From: Parcubacteria group bacterium GW2011_GWC1_36_108 | GTDB taxonomy: Bacteria > Patescibacteriota > Minisyncoccia > Moranbacterales > GWC2-37-73 | NCBI GenBank assembly: GCA_000991245.1 | Contig: LBRD01000001.1 | Span: 5,467-69,466, forward strand | Length of the DNA: 64,000 nt | Direction: 5' to 3' | Shown here: positions 63,967 through 64,000 of the stretch, piece after piece | Layout: each line of letters opens with the position of its first letter | How positions within the stretch are numbered: the stretch's first letter is position 1 | Made by a program: the position numbers and the translations under genes | The notes under the pieces: model-generated | What the model was told of the DNA's origin: nothing | The model's database searches: none | What the model saw: the letters and a program-made list of their open reading frames with translations, nothing else

Positions 63967-64000
63967 AAATTGAAAGAAGAGTTGTTTTTTCCATGCTATT

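Noticed and set aside
1-64000. CRISPR arrays / cas genes
   Set aside because: The only direct repeats found (the 30-mer x3, the 26-nt palindromes, the leader inverted repeats) are irregularly spaced at 0.5-8 kb with genes between them. There are no regularly spaced short repeats with unique spacers and no Cas signatures. The PaaX-like WRVVMFDIPE...HSVFV segment superficially resembles Cas2 but matches the PaaX WDGKW signature better.

Overview
This is a low-GC (~33%) window in which nearly every gene is on the minus strand. It looks like a CPR/Patescibacteria-type genome using the standard genetic code. Recognisable housekeeping genes are eno (5' partial), pgk, mraY, a D-Ala-D-Ala carboxypeptidase, scpB, scpA, an MFS transporter, aspS, ispH, proS, a histidine kinase with a tandem-receiver response regulator, speH, glyS with a T-box leader, a DEAD-box helicase, two ~90% identical ABC exporters, a P-type ATPase, a GT2/GT4/GT4 glycosyltransferase cluster, msrA/msrB, a tRNA-Trp / rpmG / tRNA-Thr / tRNA-Tyr / tRNA-Thr cluster, tsf, rpsB, rpmE, prfA-prmC and a WecA-like transferase. 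A ~12 kb accessory/defence island (5.2-17.3 kb) lies between scpA and scpB. It carries a Dam-like MTase, a DpnII-family REase, an extra PD-ExK nuclease and a PF01555 MTase, plus a Fic protein, an 1175-aa protein of unknown function with a membrane partner, and a PaaX-like regulator. The PaaX-like gene, a NUDIX hydrolase and a nucleotidyltransferase are each preceded by the same GC-rich 30-mer. A second accessory segment (34.7-40.1 kb) between the two ABC paralogs holds an MGMT-domain protein, a HARE-HTH/Mrr-like nuclease and unknown genes. Several recurrent non-coding elements stand out: (i) a 5'-leader inverted repeat (CCCCGTTAAAT - variable inner hairpin - ATTTAACGGGG) sitting a few nt upstream of the start codons of eno, MFS, aspS and a glsB-like gene, with further copies elsewhere; (ii) a 26-nt TACGTA-containing near-perfect palindrome at at least five intergenic sites; (iii) a duplicated tRNA-Tyr 3' end (att-like) in the tRNA cluster; (iv) a glycine T-box leader. 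No CRISPR array and no rRNA were seen.
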